Positions 34,550 through 42,280 of a stretch of DNA of 42,280 nt are shown one piece after another (the stretch's first letter is position 1; every line of letters starts with the position of its first letter). The notes under the pieces were generated by a model. It was not told the DNA's origin, searched no databases, and saw only the letters and a list, made by a program, of their open reading frames with translations. The stretch covers positions 84,273-126,552 of the forward strand of contig NW_003526942.1 in NCBI RefSeq assembly GCF_000181795.1, in the 5' to 3' direction. A program made the translations under genes and the position numbers. This stretch comes from Trichinella spiralis (lineage: Eukaryota).

Positions 34550-37500
34550 ATTTCTACCTCGAAATGCTTTTCAATGTAATGAATTAAAGTTTGTACAACG
34601 GAATCCGTAAATCTTAAACTGATGCAAACATTCTTTTAATAATACATGGAAAGTAGCTATTAGAAAAGATTTGCTTTTTTCAAAATACCTTTCTTTGTTT
34701 ACTTTCAAAAGAAACTTGTAATGCGGGAATTTTTGGAATTTTCTTCAGCGTATTTATAAATATCGACAGATGTTTAACTAAAAGAATAGAACTTATTATT
34801 TAATAATAAAATATAATATCTAATGTTAGAAATGAAACGGTTGTACTCAGTTGAATGTCACCGTTTATATAAAAAATATGCAAGTGATTAAGCAGTGAAT
34901 GATGTATGTTTAAACAGTTAGTGTTTATTCCTTAAACTTTAAACTTTAAACCACATTTTAAAATTAATGCAATAATAAAATGCAATAAATTATGCTACTA
35001 TATTGCTAAATGCTGATCATTTTAATAATGAAAATCCAGGAGCAGGTTTTGATATATCAGTATGTGGGATAGTGAAAAATTTGCATCATTGTTGAAAACC
35101 ATTTGCCATCAGCACAACATTATTATGAAATGTCACGTCTACACCCATGACCGCTGATAAATTATTGATAATCATTCTTTATGAGAATTTCTTGTAATCA
35201 TCGTGACATCAGCTCAGATAACAGGTGTGAGATTAAAGATTTTTGCATATTTATAAATATATGTGGAAACAGTGGCAAACAAATCTCATAGTAAGTTTTC
35301 ATAGCAGTTACTCTAATCTTTAGCTTTTTTTGATAACTTACACAGGCAATCATTTTTGGAGCAATGCGCATACTGTTTTTCACATAATGTATACATTGAT
35401 AACGTTTGAATTAAAGTAAATTGCTTCATAAACAAAAAGAATTGAACTATAGATTAAAAATCAATTTTCATTATTTATTTGTTAGCATGCATTTCATTTC
35501 TGCAAAACATTTACTTTCAATTTCACTGATTTATTTGATAAATTAAAATTAATTAAAAGTTAAAATATCATACGTATTATTATTTGGCTGTTTAACTATG
35601 ATTTAAATTGAAATTTCTAAGTACATTCTTGCTCAGCAAGCATGATAGCATGAACTCCATGCGTAAATGGTTTAGAAGTTTACATAAATAGAAAATTCTG
35701 CAGCTATATATATATTTCAGTAAAATTAGAATTAAATGCTGCTATTTCATGAAGAAAGACTGTTTTAATTACTTTTAAATTCTACTGCAAGTTATGGTAA
35801 ACATATGCAAACATTTAATCAAGTCAGATTTTGATTTGCCTTTATCTTTTCTACATAATGATTAGACACTTTTATTAATAACTAATAATAAATCGTTTTC
35901 TATTTGAGTGCATAATAATTAACATAATACATAATAATTTTCAAATCTGAATTTAGTTGTCATTTTCCATAAGAAAAATTTTTCAAAATTTATCAGTTTA
36001 GGAATGGTATTGAATAGAAAATGAATTTATATTTCAAATAACATATAAATAAAAATGTTCATAAATTAGTTGCAACGGCTATGTCGGCTTCTCCAACGGA
36101 GCGATTATATTCACGATCATTTTAATGAGATCAAAATGAGTTGCTACAATTTCAAGGCGCTTCATCCCTTTAAGCCAGTTTTCTTCAAATTTAGCTGGCC
36201 GATCATGACGCCAGAGAATCCAAATCCGTCTTGACAGTGAGTGCACCAACGCAACAGGGCGGCAAATATCGGCCTTCTGAAGCGACGGCAGCATCGCTGG
36301 CTTTGATCACTGCTTCCTTTGAATCAGACATTCAAGCAAGAACAGAGCAGTTTATCTGAGCGACCCTTTTGGCTGAACAAAAATGAACAAATGAAAGTTT
36401 AATTCTACAAATTGAACGCTATTGTCACATTGAAACACATATATATTGATCTTCAGGAAAACAAATTTAAAAATGACATCAATAAGACAGTGAAAATTTC
36501 ATCAACAAAATGACTTTCTTTTTCAATTATTCAATTCACTCATTATATATGTATTTATAAATTATTAGCATTCTTTAATATTTTTCATATTTAATTTGTT
36601 TTATTATGAAACGTAATAACGGCATAAAATTTTTAATTAACTTTTCTGTTATTTGAATTCAAATTCATCTCAATTTAACAAACCATTCTAAAAGACGGAA
36701 TTGAAAGGTGCTTTATAAATTTGAATATTGTCTTTTGTTGTTTATTGAAGTGACGAGAAAAAAGTAAATTCCAAAATTATGAATACTTTTCTCTATATTA
36801 CTCTAGCGATGTGACTTCAAATATGAAACGTTCGCATTTGTTTAAAATACAGTTGTCAGGGGATTATTGTGCTGTTTTCACCGTTTAGTACATGGGTTTT
36901 GGATTCAAAGCAGTAATAAGCGCGTGCTTGTTCCTTTGGCACTGTTCTGAAATGAGACTATGCAAATATATTTATTGCAGAAAATTCAAATATATTAACC
37001 GTGCTATGATGAACAGAAAATGCTACATAGGCGTAAATTATATGTAAATGCGTTTCAATTTCTCACTGCAGCAAACATTAGCAACAACACGAGATTGTTT
37101 CGAAGTGCATGACGCAACAGGTGAATATTGCAATTTGCACATGGCTCACAGGTCATTAGTCTTCAGCTGTTTTATGCATAATTTGAAATGCACTTGTTTG
37201 CTTAAAGCACTGGTTCGCTGGAGCCGCTATGACAGAGTTCAAGCAGCAAGCTGAATAAAATTTACAAATATATTGGTTTATTTATATTCAATGTCTGATC
37301 AATCTACCAAATGAGAAACACGTCTCGCCAATCAGCTTTATTTATTTCAATAATAAAACTTCATTGAAAACATAACAGCAGCTGTGAAAAAGTAGCCATC
37401 GGCTTTGTGTATTGGTAATGCACAGCCAACGGAGTCTAAGATGTAAAATTGAAAAGCAAAAGACACGTAAAGAATGACAGTTAATGAAAAAAATTTTCAC

Positions 37501-37779
37501 AACGCACAGTCAAAAATCAAACATTGTGGCAATAATAATCGTGACATATTATTTCATTAAGAATGATTTATATTAAAAATATTTCCTGAAATAAAAAATA
37601 TTATTTATTATACAATATTATTTATATGGATTTTTGAACGTAAAATTTAAAATATAAGTCACTGAATTTCACTTTAAAATACTTTAAAACTTTTGTACCG
37701 TTTGAAGAGCAGCCACTTCAGTGTTAATATTTTCATCAGTTTCATTGCAAAATTGGCAGAAGACGGTTGCTGAACTGTA

Positions 37780-38678
37780 ATGGACAACACATTTGATCCG
37801 AGCTTTACGGTACTTTTCATAGAATAATTTTTCACGTTCCATATAATTTGTTTTCAGATTAATATAAAATTCAAATTTAACATAATTAAAACTTTTCTTA
37901 TTTGAAAATGTATTTCTTATTACATGATATGCAGATAAATTTACTTAATAATTATATATATACGTAACGCATATCACTAAGATGATGCGCTAAAATTGAG
38001 ATGCAATACAAATTGATGAGAAAAATTTTATAAGTATTCAATTTTCAATACCGCATGTAAATAATATATTATTTTAATAAATTTGTTGCATTTTTCAGTC
38101 GAATTCAAAATCCGACGAAGATCATTCTAAACTACAGTCGCTCTGTCTGCAATCGGAGAAAAAAAATAAAGCTTCGCTAAGCATTTCTGCGGCAGATTTT
38201 ATCACGTGGGATGGAAAATCAGACAACAATATGGAAAGCGGTTTGAGAAACGCTATCAATTCAGATGCTAACATTCTTTCTATCGGTAAGCAATAATTAT
38301 CATTACATTGATAGCAATTTTTCAAATTTTATTCATCTCTTACTGAAAAAAGTCGACATTTTTAAAAATTGCGAAAACTGAAATTACAGAAAAATACAAA
38401 TTTTGTTAGATTAGACGAAGCTAGAAATTCTAATTTAAAATATTTTTTTAGCACGATCGGCGATGTTTGATCGGAAAAGTGATTGTCATCAAGTAAATAT
38501 TATCGGCAATTTTAATGATTATAATGTGGCATGTGCCATGCCAAGAGGGCAAAGTTTGCAGCCGATCAATGCAAAAACACAGGAAAGTGAGAAGAATTCC
38601 AACTGCTGCCCCAGTTGTCTAGCATTCATCTGTCGCTGCTGCAATGCTGCCATCAAATTGCTGAAAAAATTAATCTGA
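37780..38678 (+). CDS. Hypothetical protein (147 aa), three exons, Cys-rich C-terminus
   Basis: Exons 37780-37809, 38099-38285 and 38452-38678 join in phase, with acceptors TTTTTCAG and TTTTTTAG and a G|GTAAGC donor after exon 2. The protein ends NCCPSCLAFICRCCNAAIKLLKKLI. Confidence 0.6.
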
Positions 38679-39539
38679 CAAGTGTCTTTTGATCACAATT
38701 CACAATGTGAAATTTAAAATAATATTTTTAATCTTATTTAATTTTAAAATAATCTTTTAATATTTTAATAAAATTGTTTATACTTTTTCTCATACTTATG
38801 TTAAAAAAATACTTTTATCATTTACATAGCCTATAATGTATTAATGTTTTATCTGTTGAAATCATCCATAAAAATAATAAATTATATTGAATGTTTGCAT
38901 GGGCAAGTATGTTTCATTTATATTTCCATTGTCATTAATCCATATTTGAATAATTCATAATAATTTTAAAAATAGTTTCAAACTATTTTAGTAGAGTGAT
39001 AAGTAAATTTCTTTGAAAATTCTTATTAACCCTGTTCAAAATTCCACACTTCAGTGAGCTCCAGACGCAAGCGCATGTTCCTCAACAGGCCGTGTGTTGA
39101 AGGCAGAGTAAGTGATGAGATATGGATCAACTCGCCGCTTGATCTTTTAGGTGAATTTTATCCAAAATATGCTTATCATCCAAAAAAGTTCAGTTAATTA
39201 CACTCAGAACGCAAAGATGGGCAGAGCAATAATAATGCATAAATATATGCAGTACGAAAAGAATGAATGAAATATTGACAATAATAACGAATACATATGT
39301 GCAGTGCAATACAATATAATGTTTGCGACCGATAACGCAGATAACGATTATCAAGAACACGCAATGGAGAACGTCTACCAGTTCACACAACACACAACGG
39401 AAACGCACAAATTCTTGCAAATGCGGAGTGCTGTTTCTCGAGAAAATTATGCGCAAAAGATTTACCTGAGCCACCAGGTCTAAATTGCCTAGCTTGAGGC
39501 ACAAAAAACCATTTATCAAGCAGTTGTACGCAAAACGCT

Positions 39540-39860
39540 GCCCACTGTTAATGGATACCAGCCCATTTTGCAAAACTGAATCTGCTGAGCTTCATCAGTG
39601 TTCTCAATTGCGTCACCATCTCTGAGGATCATCCTTCTTCATCAACAGCAGATCATCAACACAGATGTTCTCGAGAATTTCGTTCACAGTTTCAGGGAAT
39701 TTGTTTTGGTATTTCCTTGCATGGTATCTTATGACACACATAACCAAGAATGGTGAACACGACAGTCCAAAACACAGCCTTTTGAAGCGGTTGACGTGAG
39801 GTATTTCTTGAACACCATGGTCCTTATAAAAAAATGGGCACACATCTATCTCTGTCTTGT
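39540..39860 (-). mobile_element. BEL/Pao retrotransposon reverse-transcriptase fragment
   Basis: RFKRLCFGLSCSPFL...VIRYHA...EILENICVDDLL matches the Pao RT motifs (FG...SPF, YVDD). It is truncated. Confidence 0.85.
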
Positions 39861-40053
39861 TCGTTGAAGCCGATTTGTTAAAACATCTTAGAGATGTCAA
39901 CCTGGCGGCGGAATGGATCAACTCGCCGCTTGATCTGTCAGGTGAATTTTTAAAGTTTACAGTGAATTTTTCAAAGTCTCAACTCAACAAAGTAAAACAA
40001 AAAACTTGTAATAACATTTATTTGCTTCATTATTTAATTAGACAATAAGTGAG

Positions 40054-40600
40054 TTATTCCATTCTGTCGTAGTTGTGCGTTATGCCCTGAAGGTACGTGA
40101 TAACGTCTCTGTCGTTATACTTGCTCACAATTTCAGCTATACGTTCATCAGCGTCCCGTAATTTTTTCAGCTTCTGTGGTGGCTGATGACCGGCCACCAG
40201 TTGTTCATAAAATAAATCCCCGGCGTGCTGCACCTTACGCAAGCTTTCAATCAGTTTCCAAATAGTCGCATGTGCCATGCCTAATTCCGCCTTCAACCTG
40301 CGGTGAGCAGCTTCTGCGTAGTTGTTGATGCGATTGTCTTCAACGGCAACTCAGCGATGCATTGACCACATCTCAACTGGAAACATTGATGGACGTCTTA
40401 CACCACCTCGACGATTTTGACGACCACGTAACTGTCTTCAAACCAGTCGAGTAGTAGTTGAAGTTCGTCTGGAATATGCCCTGCTAAGTTGTCTACGACC
40501 TGCTCTAAACCGTCTATTGGAACAGAGGCTAGAGGAATTATTATTTTGGCTTGCAGAGCAAAGTCTGCGTCATTTTTGTACCTGGTGAATAAATCCAAAA
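40054..40600 (-). mobile_element. Mutator-like (MULE) transposase C-terminal pseudogene fragment
   Basis: LASVP...LLDWFEDSYV, then a frameshift to PSMFPVEMWSMHR*...NRINNYAEAAHRRLKAELGMAHATIWKLIESLRKVQ, matching the MULE RTNN..E..H..L...HP.IW motif. Confidence 0.8.
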
Positions 40601-41546
40601 GGATAGTCTCTCTTGGTAAAATTTTCAGTGCTAATGTTCTATTCGTTGGCAAAACATCGAGTTTTCATTGGATCGCTTCTCATTGCATAGTTACGGAGTA
40701 ATAGCATTGGTTCTATCGCCTAAACTTTTCATTGATTAAAATTGTTCTGCTTTGATTAGCTAAAATTTTTTTCATTTCATTGGTCCAAATTTTTAATTAC
40801 ATAACAATTCATTGCGTAACCTTTGACCTCTTTTAGTGTTTGATCCGTGACGTCACCAATTTGACGGTAAAATTTTTTCACTGTTTTTAGATGTTTTTTT
40901 TTAATATTTACTTTTCTACTTAACTAAACCTGTAATATTGCAGTAATAATATGCTACAATAAGCCATTGTTTGTATGTTTATTCACAACCCGTATTTGTC
41001 ATTATGATTTGTGCACTTGAGCGTGTGGCATCTGCTTTTGTGTATTGGCTTTTATCGGTTCTTTGAGATACGAACTCAAATAAGCTTTGAGATATTTATC
41101 ATTATTATTTATTCCCATCATTCGGAAACACGTCTCAAACCTTCGACACGGAAAATAGCACAAGCTAATGATAAGCACTGAGGAGTGAAATAATTGAAAA
41201 ATGGAATTCACGGTCTTGTTCTTTTCAAATTAAATATCTTTATTATCTAATTGCATTATTCTACAAAAGTATAGAAGTAACAAATGAACAGCCTGAAGAA
41301 GAGATAACTGAACAAAGCGATGTTAAATAAACGTGTTTATCTAAGTCATTTTCAGTTTTCATAATTTGACATGTAATGACTCTTTACGATGGTAACAGAG
41401 CTAGTCTTGTTCACTAGCTTGACAGTGAAGAAAGTTGTACAGCGATTATCATGAGTCAAGTCAACATTCAGCACGAAGGATTTTCTGAAATTTCACTAGA
41501 CAACCAACATGTGCTGCAGTTGAATTTCCCCTAAGCTGGCAAAAGC

Positions 41547-41556
41547 NNNNNNNNNN
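41547..41556. other. Assembly gap
   Basis: 10 N. Confidence 1.
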
Positions 41557-41924
41557 TTCTCTTTATACTTCGGCGTAATATCATAAAAGGTTATTATTAT
41601 TCCAAATTTTATCGTGGGTTTGAAGTTTCGGCTTTCATTGTTTCTTTGTTTATTTAATTATATGATTTGTGGTTCTGCTATACTTTTTCATTATTGCATC
41701 TACGAAATTCAATTTTTATCATTATTCTATATTTGATTGTAACTTTTTGACTTTATATCATAAGCAATGCTAAGAATTCTTAAAATTCGATACTTTTCAC
41801 ATCTTAAATAGGGATTTTTATTTTTCACTAACCAACAGACTAGGACATCTTATAATCCAACGATGAGCGGCATTAACATGGGGGAAACAACGAAAAAGGA
41901 AAAAATTAAATAATACAATACAAT

Positions 41925-42280
41925 GGAATAAAAAACTATTATAAATAAGCGGTGGCCAGGAGCCTTCATATCTTCTTCCTTGTTTCTTCTTCGGTCTATT
42001 ATCGATTTCCCTCCTGATATATAAATCCGCTCTGACTGTTTGTAAATTAATTTATTTCCTCTTGAAATTTATCAAGATTTAGATGCTAACTTCCGGGTGT
42101 AATGTCAAGATACTGAATAATCTGTTTGAAAAAATCTGGGATGTTGTAACAACACTTTTTAAATTCCCGGGTTGCCAATGGTACTAATGCTAACGTTACG
42201 CGTTAGCTCGCAAATTTCACTTTAATTTTTACGCATGATGTTCACGAATATGCCCTTTGTCCCATATTGTTCGCCGTTTC
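41925..42280 (-). repeat. Diverged repeat, inverted copy of 25-367
   Basis: AAGCGGTGGCCAGGAGC, GATATATAAATC, TAACTTCCGGGT and AATAATCTGT occur colinearly with the reverse complement of the window start. Confidence 0.8.

Noticed and set aside
35000..37260. Short ORFs and GC-richer patches (35198-35383, 36079-36294, 37048-37254)
   Set aside because: No motif or phase-consistent gene model could be built, although small genes cannot be excluded.
1..42280. Whole window as one giant TIR element (Maverick/Polinton-like) because of the inverted ends
   Set aside because: The ends are only about 70% alike and are separated from the core by gaps. The interior is intron-rich host genes with no polB, capsid or packaging ATPase recognised.

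Overview
AT-rich, intron-containing eukaryotic DNA from a nematode (MSP-domain gene, many 49-60 nt GT-AG introns). The transposon mix suggests a Trichinella-like clade I species; this is inference. There are three assembly gaps: 368-569, 21762-21771 and 41547-41556. Hand-splicing gives seven host genes: a 17-exon chitin synthase (about 1664 aa, chs-2-like, minus); a signal peptide-Ig-EGF-TM protein that the ORF track mostly misses (14193-15196, minus); a divergently transcribed calumenin/reticulocalbin ending in HEEL; a 110-aa type I membrane protein with a GYxxL tail; a divergent TRPC-family channel with a GC-AG intron; an intronless MSP-domain gene; and a 3-exon orphan with a Cys-rich tail. 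A duplicated block around the 21762 gap lacks 3.57 kb that includes the calumenin body, and is either a real tandem duplication or a second haplotype. Mobile DNA comprises a piggyBac 3' end with a fold-back inverted duplication, a solo LTR with a 4-bp TSD, two Gypsy relics, a Ginger2/TDD-like element with long TIRs, and BEL/Pao and MULE fragments. No prokaryotic-type system, CRISPR array or structural RNA gene is evident. The best novelty candidates are the neuregulin/IGEG-architecture gene and a possible sperm-gene neighbourhood.
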